The position numbers were made by a program, and so were the translations under genes. A DNA stretch of 64,000 nt from a virus, in the IMG/VR virus record IMGVR_UViG_3300037459_000160, positions 32,001 to 96,000 of that record; one strand, given 5' to 3'. The number at the start of each line of letters is the position of its first letter. Positions within the stretch are counted from its first letter, which is position 1. The notes beneath the pieces were generated by a model. The model saw only the letters and a list, made by a program, of their open reading frames with translations. It ran no database searches and was not told the origin of the DNA. Shown one piece after another: positions 28,873 through 39,544 of this stretch.

Positions 28873-29241
28873 ATGGGACAAACTTTCGCGGATAAAGAAT
28901 GCTCTTGGGGCGATTTTACCGTAGGGCGTAGCAACCCCTCGGGTACCGTCGTCCGGTTTACGGCCGTTGACCCATGCAATTTGTTGACCACTTCCAAGAC
29001 CGTTCGCATGGTGTTGGCCGATGCTATCGACCAATTTATTGCGGATGAACGTGCGGATTTGGACGCAAACGGCGATTCCATCGTTAAGGGTTCCGATGAG
29101 TTTCCGGGTTCCGGCGACGGTTTTTCTGTCGTTGACTGGAACTTTGACGGCAAGTTTGCGGACATTGATTTGACTTCGTTTGCCAACATTGACACCTCAA
29201 CTGACATTACCGTTGAAACACCTTACGCCGACGTGATCTAA
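28873..29241 (+). CDS. acidic putative virion protein
   Basis: GGGAG RBS, 122 aa. Confidence 0.65.
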   Translation: MGQTFADKECSWGDFTVGRSNPSGTVVRFTAVDPCNLLTTSKTVRMVLADAIDQFIADERADLDANGDSIVKGSDEFPGSGDGFSVVDWNFDGKFADIDLTSFANIDTSTDITVETPYADVI

Positions 29242-29288
29242 ACGCCGGCAGCGGGTGAATTGAGTACGAAGTACAGGAACGGAAAGCA

Positions 29289-29618
29289 ATGGAAAACGAA
29301 ACCACAACGGAAATCCGCGAGCCGGCCGAGCCGGTACTTTTCCGAACCAAGGATTTGAACCAAGCGGCTTATTTTTGGTGCCTTCCCGGTGCCGATATGT
29401 ACGAAATTGAGGGGGATTCTAAGCACCACGCAAATACGGTTTTGTACTTTAAGTTTCGTTTGTCGGAAACTACCGAGGCTCAACTTAAAACGCATTTGTT
29501 TGATTATGCAAACGAGCGTTGTAAAGTGGAGCCTCAAGCTTATGTTCGGAAGCAGAATAATGTGCGTGATTTGTTACACGCGAATTTGCGGAAAATCAAG
29601 GCGGAACGCGAAGGATAG
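29289..29618 (+). CDS. DUF5659-like small phage protein
   Basis: F.TKDL..AAY...L...F.F pattern. Confidence 0.6.
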   Translation: MENETTTEIREPAEPVLFRTKDLNQAAYFWCLPGADMYEIEGDSKHHANTVLYFKFRLSETTEAQLKTHLFDYANERCKVEPQAYVRKQNNVRDLLHANLRKIKAEREG

Positions 29619-29626
29619 AAACGAAA

Positions 29627-30070
29627 ATGGAAACGCAAACGAAAACTACGGAGTCGGAACGCCAACTAAATCTCGGAATTCCGGTTACTCTCAAAAAGCT
29701 CGGCGATGTTCACGTTAAGGAATTGGGCCTTGAGGACATTGTTAAGTGTGCGAAAGAGCTTGCCACGTTGGTAAGTGTTATTGACTTTGGCAAAAAGATT
29801 GATGGGGGCGAAATGCTCGCCATTATCATGTCAGAGCCCGCGACCCTCCAAGCCCTCAAAGTTTTTGCGGCAGCCTCTTGCGATCGACAACCCGGCGATT
29901 TTGACAACATGGGCCCGGCCGATTGGTTGCGGATTGCGATTGCGGTTAAAGAGGTAAACGATTGGGAGGAACTTGCCGAACTTTTTCGTCAAACGGGCCT
30001 CGCCGAAAAAATGTTCTCGGCGGTTCAAGCGAAAAAGACCAAGGCCCCGCCGATACTATCGCAAACCTAG
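29627..30070 (+). CDS. tail assembly chaperone (gpG-like)
   Basis: 147 aa, upstream of TMP. Confidence 0.75.
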   Translation: METQTKTTESERQLNLGIPVTLKKLGDVHVKELGLEDIVKCAKELATLVSVIDFGKKIDGGEMLAIIMSEPATLQALKVFAAASCDRQPGDFDNMGPADWLRIAIAVKEVNDWEELAELFRQTGLAEKMFSAVQAKKTKAPPILSQT

Positions 30071-30348
30071 TAGACCAATTTGCGGGCGAATATGGTTGGA
30101 CAACGGAGCAAGTTGTTAGGCACACTTACCACCAACTCAAAATGCTCGCCCGGCAAATTAGTTTGCGAAAATACGACGACCGGCGAGTATTTGCAGACTC
30201 GATGCGAGTTGCCGCTAATGGGGATCGAAGCCAATTTGAGAAATATATTGATTCGTTAAAGCCCGAGGGATTGGACGAACGGACGAAAACGGAAACCTCG
30301 GGGGGTATGAATATCCCACAAGGTTTTGTGGTTACGGAGGATTTTTGA
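30031..30348 (+). CDS. tail assembly chaperone extension (gpT-like) reached by -1 frameshift
   Basis: G_AAA_AAG at 30031-30037 in gpG frame; -1 frame reads ..FAGEYGWTTEQV..TYHQL; no convincing start of its own. Confidence 0.7.
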   Translation, partial: EKDQGPADTIANLVDQFAGEYGWTTEQVVRHTYHQLKMLARQISLRKYDDRRVFADSMRVAANGDRSQFEKYIDSLKPEGLDERTKTETSGGMNIPQGFVVTEDF

Positions 30349-30352
30349 ACCG

Positions 30353-33300
30353 ATGGCAACGCTAGGTGAGGCCGTAATTAAGGTAATTGCGGACCTTAGC
30401 AATTTTACGGCCAACATGAACAAAGCCGGGGCCCAAATGAAGGCTTTCGGCCAAGGCGTTCAAAAAGTTGGCTCAAGCCTAACGGCGGTGGGGGTAGCGG
30501 CGGCAACAGCCGGGGCGGCCCTACTTGCAATGTGGGCCCCCGCTATCATTGCCGGGGCTCAATTCGAGCAATCAATGGCGGGTGTAAAAGCCGTCATGGG
30601 CGATTTGCAATCCGGCACCGAGCTTGCAACTCAAAACTTTGAAAGGTTAAACGAGAAAGCCAAGGAACTAGGTTCAACAACCAAATTTTCGGCCTCACAA
30701 GTTGCCGAGGCGATGGAATTTTTGGGTCTTGCGGGATTTACAACGGAACAAGCCTTAACCGGCGTTGGTGATGTTCTTGCCCTTGCCTCGGCGGGGGCTT
30801 TGGATCTTGCCCGAGCCTCGGATATTGCTTCGGATTCAATGTCCGCCTTTGGATTAACGGCCGCCGATATTGGGCGAGTGGCCGACGTATTCGCGGCAGC
30901 GGCAGCGGCATCGAATACAAGCGTTGAGCAACTTTCCGAGGCGATGAAATTTGGTGCCCCCGTTGCGGCCGGGTTCGGCCAATCCATTGAGGAAACAGCG
31001 GCGGCAATGGGTATCCTTGCCAATCAAGGCATTAAGGGCTCGGCGGCCGGAACGGCAATCGGCCAAGTGTTTGCAAACCTTGCCTCACGTATGGAAAATG
31101 CCGATGAGGTATTAAGGCAATACGGTTCATCGTTTGACGCGGTTGACCCAAGCATACGGAGCCTCTCGGAAATCGTTGACGAATTCCGACGCATTAACAT
31201 TGATGCGGCCGATTCGATGAATATTTTAGGTATCCGGGGCGGCCGGGCTATGCTTGCGTTACAAAACGCCAGCAAAACCGAACTAGGGGCCGTGCGGGAT
31301 GCCATTAACGGAGCGGCCGGGGCAGCCGAGCGAATGGCGGCCATCCGGTTTGATACGGTTCAAGGAAACTTTATTGCATTCAAGTCGGCGGTTGAGGGGC
31401 TCCAAGTTTCCGTATTTGAATCAATCGCCCCCGTACTTCGCGAGGTTATCAAAACTTCAACCGAAGTTGTAAACCGAATCAAAGCATGGGTTGAGGCCAA
31501 TCAACCTCTCGTACAACAGATTTTCAAAATTACCACGGGGATCGGTAGTTTCTTGCTTGCCCTTGGGCTCATTCTCATACCCCTCGGGTTCATCATTACG
31601 CAAGTGGGGGCGGTAATTGCAACGCTTGGGGCGTTGGCGGCTCAAGTAACCGTCGTTGGGGCAGCAATTGCGGCCGGAATCGGGGCGGTTGCTATCCCGA
31701 TTATTGCGGCCTTTATCGCCAATTGGGATAAGCTCGCTAAGGCGTTTAACGCATTATGGATTGGCATTATTAAGCCCGTTATTGATGGGTTGAGGGAGGG
31801 GTTCGCCTCGGCGTGGAACGATTTCCTCAAGCCGGCATTTGATGCGTTAAAAACCGCAATCGGTGAGTTGATTGATATTTGGGTTGATCTTTTTGGAGTC
31901 CTTGGGGAAGGCGAGAGTATTTGGAAAAACCTTGCAAATATTCTTGCTCAAGTGCTTGTGTTTGCGATTTCAGCGGTACTCGTTGTAATTCGGGCTTTGG
32001 TGGAAATTGGCAAGGTTGCGTCTCAAATTTACGTGGCCCTCGCCGATGTAATGATTGCGGCAGCCCGAGCAATGGGTTTCATTTCTAAAGAGACCAAAAC
32101 ACTAACCGAAGCCCAAGAGGATCAAGCAAAGCAACTCGCCGAGTTTGAAAAGGGCGTAAAAGGCGTTGCCGATGGTTTCCGCAACAAGGCGAACGCGGCC
32201 AAACTCGCCCAAGCTGAGGATCAAAAAGCAATTCAATTGCTTGAAAAACAAGACAAGCTCGGGGGAACCCAACTCAATCAACTTAAGAAATTGCAAGAGG
32301 CCGGCCGAGGCGGGGTGGCTACGATTAAAGAAAGGCTCGCGGTTCGCGAGCAGGAAATTGTCTTACTTGACCGATTGATTGCCAAAGGTAAAGAAGCCGG
32401 GGCCGATGTTGATTTTGAAATAAAGACCCGCGAGAAAATACTTGCCGAACGCGATAAAGAGCTTAAGTTACTTGAGCGAATCGGAGCAGTTGAGCAAAAG
32501 TTTGGGGGCGGGGCAGCCGGCCGCGAGAAAGAAAAAACCCGACTTGAGGAAGTAAACAAAGCCCTCAAAGAACGCGAAAGCGTTTTGATTGATCAAATTG
32601 AGCGAGAGGTTGACGCGGGCCGGGCAGCCGGGAAATTTCGCGAGGAGTTGGCCAAACTCCAACAACAGTTACAAGACAACCAAGCGGCCGTGCGGAGCCT
32701 CAACGACATTGAGAAAAACTTTGGGGATCAACAATTAACAAACGCGGCAGCGACCGGGGCCCGGCTTGAGCAACTTGCCAAAGAAAAAGAAATCCGCAAA
32801 GCGGCGGCCGATGCCGAGAAAGCCCAATCAGCAACCCGCCAAAAGATTGATGAGATACGAAAGGGTATTGAGGCGGCCCGAGCCGCGAGCCTTAAAAACG
32901 AATTGACGCAAATTGAAGATACGCGGATTGCTAGTCAAAACCTTATACAGACTAGGCGGGATGAGGTTGCGGCAATACAGGCTCAAGATAGGATGCTAGG
33001 CAAGCATAATGAGCTTTTGGAGAAAGAGCGGATTGAGCTTGACGGGTTGAGCAAGGCGATTGACCAAAACGCGGCCAAGCAACAAGAGGCCGCGAGGGCT
33101 CGCTTGTCTGAGGGCCGTGAGGATACGTTACGCACGTTAAAGATTCAACAAGCCGAGCGGAACAAGGACGCGGTTGGGGCCGAGCGGTTGCGGCTCCAAA
33201 AGGAAAAGGAAAACTTTGAAAAGCATTTGGATGAGGTTTTCCAACTTGACGGGAAAAACAACGAACGCATTTTGAAGCAACGAAGCGAGGCCATTGATCT

Positions 33301-34240
33301 ATTCAACCGCGAGCAACGGGCCAAGTTGGGCGAGGCGTTTAAGCAACAGGATAAGGGCCAAATCGTACAAGTTGCCGAACGTGAGGCCGATCTTGAGGGC
33401 AAAATACTTGATAAGCTAGTTGGGCAAGTAAAGAACGTTCAACAACTTTTTCAGTTGTACACGGCGATTGCGATTATCCGAAACGTACAAGAGCAACGAG
33501 CAATTCAAGCCGCCGAAAGGGCAGCGGCAGCCGAGCAACGATTGGCCCGGTTCCAAGAACGCCGAGGCCGACAAGCGGGAGCCAACCCGGTACTTGACCA
33601 GCAAATTGCAAAGGCCGAGCGAACCGTAAAATTGTTGGATGCAATTGCGGGTAAGCGGGCGGGCGAGGCTCAACTTGGCGACGTTGCGGCCAATCAAGCT
33701 ATTCAAGAACTAGAAGTGTTACGCCAAAAGCTATTTAAGATTCGGGAAGCAATTGCAGAATTACGCGGTCAAATTCGCCAGGAACTAGATAACGTTGCCC
33801 TTGATTTTGCAGCGGCTCCCCAATTGTGGGTTGATGCGTTTATTGGGGCATGGGCAGCGGCAGCCCAACAGATCGTTGCCGAGGTATTGGCGACGATGGC
33901 CCAAGTTAAAGACGCAATGGACCCGACTTTACGGCAATCGCCGAGCCTTGTTGATGTTTGGGGAAAGAACGTTGATACGGTCAAACAAGGCATCGCTCGG
34001 ATGGGCCAAGCGATCCAACAGAATACGCCCCGCCTGAGTGCCCTCAATGCCTCACAAGCGGGCGTTGCGGCTCCCGTGGGTCTTTCGGCCGGTGGATTCA
34101 CGGGGGCCGTACAGCCCCGCGAGAACAACGACAATCGGCGTATTGATATGCAGATTTCAAACAACGTTGATGGCGACAACCTACAAAGGATCATTGCACA
34201 AGGCATTGGCCGGGCAAACATGCTCGGCGGTTCAATATAG
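30353..34240 (+). CDS. tail tape measure protein (TP901 family)
   Basis: LGSTTKFSASQVAEAM..LG.AGF, A.SNT.VEQL.EA.K...P, GIKGS.AGT; GGAGG RBS. Confidence 0.95.
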   Translation: MATLGEAVIKVIADLSNFTANMNKAGAQMKAFGQGVQKVGSSLTAVGVAAATAGAALLAMWAPAIIAGAQFEQSMAGVKAVMGDLQSGTELATQNFERLNEKAKELGSTTKFSASQVAEAMEFLGLAGFTTEQALTGVGDVLALASAGALDLARASDIASDSMSAFGLTAADIGRVADVFAAAAAASNTSVEQLSEAMKFGAPVAAGFGQSIEETAAAMGILANQGIKGSAAGTAIGQVFANLASRMENADEVLRQYGSSFDAVDPSIRSLSEIVDEFRRINIDAADSMNILGIRGGRAMLALQNASKTELGAVRDAINGAAGAAERMAAIRFDTVQGNFIAFKSAVEGLQVSVFESIAPVLREVIKTSTEVVNRIKAWVEANQPLVQQIFKITTGIGSFLLALGLILIPLGFIITQVGAVIATLGALAAQVTVVGAAIAAGIGAVAIPIIAAFIANWDKLAKAFNALWIGIIKPVIDGLREGFASAWNDFLKPAFDALKTAIGELIDIWVDLFGVLGEGESIWKNLANILAQVLVFAISAVLVVIRALVEIGKVASQIYVALADVMIAAARAMGFISKETKTLTEAQEDQAKQLAEFEKGVKGVADGFRNKANAAKLAQAEDQKAIQLLEKQDKLGGTQLNQLKKLQEAGRGGVATIKERLAVREQEIVLLDRLIAKGKEAGADVDFEIKTREKILAERDKELKLLERIGAVEQKFGGGAAGREKEKTRLEEVNKALKERESVLIDQIEREVDAGRAAGKFREELAKLQQQLQDNQAAVRSLNDIEKNFGDQQLTNAAATGARLEQLAKEKEIRKAAADAEKAQSATRQKIDEIRKGIEAARAASLKNELTQIEDTRIASQNLIQTRRDEVAAIQAQDRMLGKHNELLEKERIELDGLSKAIDQNAAKQQEAARARLSEGREDTLRTLKIQQAERNKDAVGAERLRLQKEKENFEKHLDEVFQLDGKNNERILKQRSEAIDLFNREQRAKLGEAFKQQDKGQIVQVAEREADLEGKILDKLVGQVKNVQQLFQLYTAIAIIRNVQEQRAIQAAERAAAAEQRLARFQERRGRQAGANPVLDQQIAKAERTVKLLDAIAGKRAGEAQLGDVAANQAIQELEVLRQKLFKIREAIAELRGQIRQELDNVALDFAAAPQLWVDAFIGAWAAAAQQIVAEVLATMAQVKDAMDPTLRQSPSLVDVWGKNVDTVKQGIARMGQAIQQNTPRLSALNASQAGVAAPVGLSAGGFTGAVQPRENNDNRRIDMQISNNVDGDNLQRIIAQGIGRANMLGGSI

Positions 34241-34250
34241 GCGGCCAAAG

Positions 34251-34637
34251 ATGGCAATCGTAATCGCAACCCTTGACGGTAATAATTTGCCAACGCAATT
34301 CTCGTATCAACCGTACAGCCCCCGAAAGCGGGTGAGTGTTACGGGCACGGCCGGGGCTGTAATCACACAAGCGGCAACCCCGGTAATCGTTCACGGGGAT
34401 TCTACAGTTTCTTGGCAATGTCCTACGTGTTTTCCCTTTGAATATATGACGTTTCGTAATTTGTTTGAAGTTGCCGATTTGACTTTGTACACATTTACGG
34501 GATATTGGGGTGAGGTTTACGAGGTACGCTTTTCCGCGTTTGACCCGCCGAGCGTACGAGGCAGATTGTTCGATTTAAGCGGGCAATTTGTTGTGGTTTG
34601 CGTTACAACTGAAATTAACGCGGCATGTTCAAGCTAG
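34251..34637 (+). CDS. distal tail (Dit-like) protein
   Basis: small gene right after TMP. Confidence 0.55.
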   Translation: MAIVIATLDGNNLPTQFSYQPYSPRKRVSVTGTAGAVITQAATPVIVHGDSTVSWQCPTCFPFEYMTFRNLFEVADLTLYTFTGYWGEVYEVRFSAFDPPSVRGRLFDLSGQFVVVCVTTEINAACSS

Positions 34638-34649
34638 GCGGGGTATTCA

Positions 34650-37130
34650 GTGGCCGGCCCTTACGTCATACAAACGCTTTACAGTTACGCCCAACTCCCC
34701 TCAACGACTTGGCGTACCGATGTAATTCTCGAAACTCCCGAGTTGTTGGCCCCTCCCGATGGCGATAATCTTTGCCCGTCTAATGCCGATGAGCCGGATG
34801 GGCCCGGCGATTCTTTGATTGATATGACTTGGCGAACGGTAAGTGGTGCCACGTTTTATATCGTTCAAATTTGTAACAATTCAAGTTTCCACGGGCCAAC
34901 GCTTCGCTCGGTTAAACGCCCGGCGACGGGCGGCAGTACCCAAACATTTGTACCCGAGGCCGACGTTGATATACGGTTATCAGAGACCGTACATTGGCGG
35001 GTGATGGCTTACAACACAACGGGTGGGGTTTCTCAAAAATCCGATGCTTGGAGTTACACTTACGATTGTGACGATGACCCCGGCAGCGGGGGGAACAAGG
35101 GGAAAACGTCGAAACCAAGCCCGCCCTCGGGCAGTGGGCCGGGCGGTGTTGGCGGGCACAATAAACCGAAGTGTGAGAAATTCAACATAAAGGTTAATAT
35201 TGACGGGCCCGCTCAAACGATGTGTTCTGACGCCGTTATGTATCATTTGCAAGCGGCGTACGCTTGTAAGGATGCGGACGGGGCCGATTTAATCGGGATA
35301 TTCGCGGTTATTTGGGAAGTGTTTCCAGCCCCCGACAGCGGGCCCCCGTTTTTCTTTCCGTGCGTTTCAATTCGTGCTCAAAATAAAAACCTTTGCGTTC
35401 TCGATATTACCAAGTGTAAAAGCTCGCAAACGTTTTTGCTCCGTTGTAACGTGATTTTTGAAAACAAGATTGACGCAACCAAACTTAATTGCGTTGCCGA
35501 AAAGCGAATTTTTGTTGATTGTGAAACGGGAAAAAATGAGTACAAGCCTTGGCTCTTGAACAATTACATTAACGATCCGGTCGGGTATTACCCTAACTCG
35601 ATAATTTACACTCATCCCGATTATCACGACGACACTATTGCCGAGATTCCCAACGAAACGTTACCTTTGGGAAAAACGAAAGTTGTTACCCCACTCGGAT
35701 CAACGGAGGGGCAGGGCCTATCCGAAAAGAAAAAGGGAATTGGAGTTGGCCCGGTAATTCGATTCGCGATTGAGGATTTGGGTAAGGCGGATTCGGGAAC
35801 AACGTTTGAGGGCAAGCCGGGTGTACCGTTCCCCGGCAGAATGGCCGGCGAAAAAAAGGAAGCTCGCATACACATTCCGTTAGGTTGCGGATTGTCGATT
35901 GATACCACGGTTCCGGCCGGCGAAAAGAAAATTGGGATTGACCTTGAGGAACTAATAGGGGAATCGGGTTCCCGCGTTGGGTTGGAACCAAACGTTGATA
36001 ATGAGGCTAATGAGACGTGTTTGATTGAGGTTGCGGTTGGATGCGGTACCGCGATTTACAATGAGGCCGTTGTTGTTGATGAGGTGGATTTAGCGGGCCG
36101 GGGCCTTGAATCGGCCTCAAGCAATACGGCGGCCGAATGTGCCCTTGACGTTAAACTTGGCGAGTGTCTTGAGTTTGATGCAAATGATGCCATTGCTTTT
36201 GATAAAAATTGCCTTGTCTATGCTACTTCCTACATAAACTATGGTTGTGGTCTCAAATTAGAATCGGGCAAACTTGTTGTCAATCCAGTAGATTTGGCCG
36301 GCCCCGGTCTTGAGATTTACGGCGATTGCGGCCTTAAGATTGATCAAGGTTGCGGCCTTATCATAACGGGCGGAACAACCTTAGAAGTAAATAACATCGA
36401 CCTAGTTGAGGGCCCCGGCCTCTCGGTTTACGGCGATGATTGCGGGATACAAGTTGACATAGGTTGCGGCCTTGAATTTACGGCGGGCCAAGTGGCCGTT
36501 GATACGGCGACACTCGCCGGCCCCGGTATTGACGATTATGTTGGTTGCGGGTTTCAAGTTGACCCCGGTTGCGGTCTCAAACTTTCGGACAACACGAAAG
36601 CCGCGAGTTTACAGGTTGACAATACCGAGCTTGTGGGTCCCGGTCTTTTGCCGTATGGCGATTGTGGGCTAGAGATTTCCACGGGTTGTGGTCTTGAAAT
36701 TGGCCTTCTCAACACCTTGCAAGTTGCAAATGATGAGCTAGCCGGCAAAGGGCTTTCGGCATACGGAACATGCGAACTTGAGGCCGATCTTGCCGCGTGC
36801 GGTGGGCTCGATTTCACCGTTAGTGATGAGATTGAGGTTGACCACGTTAAGACCCACGATTACACATTTCACACAATTAAGGATGATAATTCAGCGATTG
36901 CCCTTACTCTTTCGGGTTGCGAATTGAAATTAACGTTGACGTTGGTTGAGCAAAGAATTGGTTCTAATTGCGGGGGCGTACATTTTGGGAATATCCCGAC
37001 AGGGGCCGAGAAAATGATTTCTGGTACGATCATCTTGCCAACCTCGGAAATTGAAGTCTTGACCGGAATTTCTGGGCTTAATTGCTATTGCACGCCGATT
37101 ACCGAGACCATTAAGCACATAAATTGTTGA
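34650..37130 (+). CDS. Cys-rich tail fibre/tip protein: FN3-like N-terminus plus GCGL / LAGxGL beta-repeats
   Basis: TW..VSGAT.Y.VQ...WRV.AYN; repeated G[CE]GL and L[AV]G[PKR]GL units. Confidence 0.75.
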   Translation: MAGPYVIQTLYSYAQLPSTTWRTDVILETPELLAPPDGDNLCPSNADEPDGPGDSLIDMTWRTVSGATFYIVQICNNSSFHGPTLRSVKRPATGGSTQTFVPEADVDIRLSETVHWRVMAYNTTGGVSQKSDAWSYTYDCDDDPGSGGNKGKTSKPSPPSGSGPGGVGGHNKPKCEKFNIKVNIDGPAQTMCSDAVMYHLQAAYACKDADGADLIGIFAVIWEVFPAPDSGPPFFFPCVSIRAQNKNLCVLDITKCKSSQTFLLRCNVIFENKIDATKLNCVAEKRIFVDCETGKNEYKPWLLNNYINDPVGYYPNSIIYTHPDYHDDTIAEIPNETLPLGKTKVVTPLGSTEGQGLSEKKKGIGVGPVIRFAIEDLGKADSGTTFEGKPGVPFPGRMAGEKKEARIHIPLGCGLSIDTTVPAGEKKIGIDLEELIGESGSRVGLEPNVDNEANETCLIEVAVGCGTAIYNEAVVVDEVDLAGRGLESASSNTAAECALDVKLGECLEFDANDAIAFDKNCLVYATSYINYGCGLKLESGKLVVNPVDLAGPGLEIYGDCGLKIDQGCGLIITGGTTLEVNNIDLVEGPGLSVYGDDCGIQVDIGCGLEFTAGQVAVDTATLAGPGIDDYVGCGFQVDPGCGLKLSDNTKAASLQVDNTELVGPGLLPYGDCGLEISTGCGLEIGLLNTLQVANDELAGKGLSAYGTCELEADLAACGGLDFTVSDEIEVDHVKTHDYTFHTIKDDNSAIALTLSGCELKLTLTLVEQRIGSNCGGVHFGNIPTGAEKMISGTIILPTSEIEVLTGISGLNCYCTPITETIKHINC

Positions 37131-37156
37131 TTGAAAAATGAAACGGAGTAACGGAA

Positions 37157-38614
37157 ATGAATGTGGACCTATTAACAGCCGTGCGGAGTGAAACCGTAGA
37201 AACGAAACTCTTTCAATATGTGCCCTCGCGATCATCCCCCCGCATGGTCGAATTATTGCCCGAGGGTGAGATTGGACGCGGAGCCGAGGGGGAATTTGAT
37301 TGTTGGAGCGTTGAGCCTCGCGGGGTCAACAAAACCCCAACGCTTGAATTTTTTAACGGGGCCAAGTTGGTATTTACAACCACACTTGATCACGCCGGAA
37401 ATTGGAAAGGCCGAGACCGTACGAAAGGTACGGTTATGTTGAGGCCAATTACCAAGACTCCCGACCGTTGGAAGCAACTCGCGGACCCCGTAAGATTTTC
37501 GCAAACGCAAGCCCATCCCGACGTTGATTTACCGGATGGATTTGCGTTCTCGGATAAGTTGGCCGCTCAAATTGATTGGGCTCCATATCAATATAATCTT
37601 GCCGATCAACTTGACCAAAGTAAGCTCGTTAAAGCAAAAACGGCGGTTGCCCTTATCGGGTACAATCGCCCAACGTATTTCGGGCAAATGCTAAACGGGT
37701 TGAAGCAAAATCCTGAAATCCATAAGTTGCCTGTTTTTGCGTTTATGGATAGGACTACGCCCGAGCAAGAGACCACGACCCAAGCCCAACGCGAATTGCT
37801 CAAAGAACATTTGCCCCATGCGATCATAATTACACGACCCATTACCTTTGGGTGCGGGCGAAATATCATTGATGCGAGGCGGCAGTTATTTGACAACCTC
37901 CAATATGAGCGGGTTTGGGTGTTTGAGGATGATTTCGTACCCGGCCCTAATTATCTTGGGGTTGTAACGCGGCTTTTGGATTGGGGTGAAACCAATTACG
38001 GGAACGTTGGGGCAACGCAAGGTTGGGCCAAGTGTCATAAGAGCGTTGACGAAAAACGGGCGGTGTTGCGACAGGTTTGCGGTACTCACAATAATTGGTG
38101 GGGGTACCTGATGAGCAAACGAGCATGGGCCGCGATAAGTGCCCGCATTTATCGTTATGAAGAATTGTTCTTGGGTTCCCGAGACTACGGAACGCGGCCC
38201 CATAGCACAATCGCCCGTTGGTTTAGTCACCTTAGGCGAACGGCTCCCCTAGAGTTGCCCGGTCCCAAGTACCCGGTTGATGAGGCAACTAAAAAAGGGT
38301 CTCGCGGCTACTTCCAAGCCCCACCAACAGGCCAAGACGCGGTAACAATGATAACGTTTGAGCAAGCCGGTTTTGTGAGGCTTGCGACCGTTGTTAATCG
38401 CGGGGTGTACGTGGGTCAACAAGGGATTCATATGAATCCGGGGCAGTTTAGGCGGGCAGGGTATCACAACGTTGAGTATGATGATTTTCCTGAGGATCGG
38501 CAAATAAGTGCATTTACCCCTCGCGGAGTGAACCCGGTTGCACCCGAGCCCGAGCCCGAGCCCGCCGATGAAAATATTCCCGAGGGAATAGGAAGGCCGG
38601 CCGATGGGGGTTGA
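37157..38614 (+). CDS. GT-A fold glycosyltransferase (GT2/GT13-like)
   Basis: IGYNRPTYF, FGCGRNI, VFEDD. Confidence 0.8.
   Translation: MNVDLLTAVRSETVETKLFQYVPSRSSPRMVELLPEGEIGRGAEGEFDCWSVEPRGVNKTPTLEFFNGAKLVFTTTLDHAGNWKGRDRTKGTVMLRPITKTPDRWKQLADPVRFSQTQAHPDVDLPDGFAFSDKLAAQIDWAPYQYNLADQLDQSKLVKAKTAVALIGYNRPTYFGQMLNGLKQNPEIHKLPVFAFMDRTTPEQETTTQAQRELLKEHLPHAIIITRPITFGCGRNIIDARRQLFDNLQYERVWVFEDDFVPGPNYLGVVTRLLDWGETNYGNVGATQGWAKCHKSVDEKRAVLRQVCGTHNNWWGYLMSKRAWAAISARIYRYEELFLGSRDYGTRPHSTIARWFSHLRRTAPLELPGPKYPVDEATKKGSRGYFQAPPTGQDAVTMITFEQAGFVRLATVVNRGVYVGQQGIHMNPGQFRRAGYHNVEYDDFPEDRQISAFTPRGVNPVAPEPEPEPADENIPEGIGRPADGG
38528..38543 (+). promoter_or_regulatory. 16-bp motif variant (1 mismatch)
   Basis: GTGAACCCGGTTGCAC near the 3' end of the GT gene. 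Confidence 0.55.
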
Positions 38615-38876
38615 GAAGTCATTTATCTTAAAGACGATTTCAGTTGCCCGAGCCTTACTTACGGGCCGGTGTGTTAATGAAACTAGAATGCGGGAGCGGG
38701 TTGAGATTTGTTCCAAGTGCCCGTTAGTTGTCACAAAAGGCAAGTTTCTACGTTGTGGGGTTTGTGGGTGCCCGGCTAAGGAAAGCGGGTTGATCAACCT
38801 CGCCCGGTATGAAGAAACCGCCGCATATGGGTGCGAACACCCCGAGGGTTCACGATGGAAAGAGGCGGGAGTTTAA
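38604..38876 (+). CDS. small Cys-rich metal-binding protein
   Basis: R..IC..CP......CGVCGC......C.HP...W. Confidence 0.7.
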   Translation: MGVEKSFILKTISVARALLTGRCVNETRMRERVEICSKCPLVVTKGKFLRCGVCGCPAKESGLINLARYEETAAYGCEHPEGSRWKEAGV

Positions 38877-39544
38877 TCTTTAAGCAATTCGGGGCGATGC
38901 GAACGGGCACCAACCTTGTTCGCCTTTTGGTTGTTGAGAATTTCGGTATTAAGGTTTTGGTTAATGAGGGCGGTAGCAAACACGAATTGCCCGATTTTGA
39001 AAAACTTGACGGGTTGTTGATGGGTACCCGGCCCGATTTTGGTTTTCTCATTTCAACAAAAGACCCGTACGCATGGTTATTGAGCAAATGCAAGTTTGAG
39101 GCCCAACGTAAAGACGTTGGCGAGTTTACGCCGTTAATTCTTGAGACGTTGCGGCATGACTTGGAAGCCGGCGAGGCTCGCGACCGAGTACGTGGTTGGC
39201 TTGAGGATTACAACGCCCGTTACCGCGTTTGGTTCAACATGCCAGCCCAAGACGGGCGGGCGATAATCCGAGCCGAGGATTTATTGACGGTTGAAGGGCA
39301 AGCCGAAGTTGTTTCGGCAATTGGTGGAATTTTTGAGTTGAAACCCCCCGATAATTTGGTTACGTTTACTCGCCGAATCTTACCTAATGGCGGGCGACGT
39401 GGGCCGTTTAACGCGGGGTTTTATCAATCGGGAGAATACCTAGCGGCATTGCCCGAGAGTGCCCAACGGCTCATTGAGGAAATCGTTGATTGGGAACTTT
39501 TTGAACCTCTAGGATATGGACCCTTGGCCAATGAGTACAGTTGA
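38855..39544 (+). CDS. sulfotransferase-like P-loop protein
   Basis: 5'-PSB-like GAMRTGTN, KH, 3'-PB-like KDPYAWLLS, IRAEDL. Confidence 0.7.
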   Translation: MERGGSLIFKQFGAMRTGTNLVRLLVVENFGIKVLVNEGGSKHELPDFEKLDGLLMGTRPDFGFLISTKDPYAWLLSKCKFEAQRKDVGEFTPLILETLRHDLEAGEARDRVRGWLEDYNARYRVWFNMPAQDGRAIIRAEDLLTVEGQAEVVSAIGGIFELKPPDNLVTFTRRILPNGGRRGPFNAGFYQSGEYLAALPESAQRLIEEIVDWELFEPLGYGPLANEYS

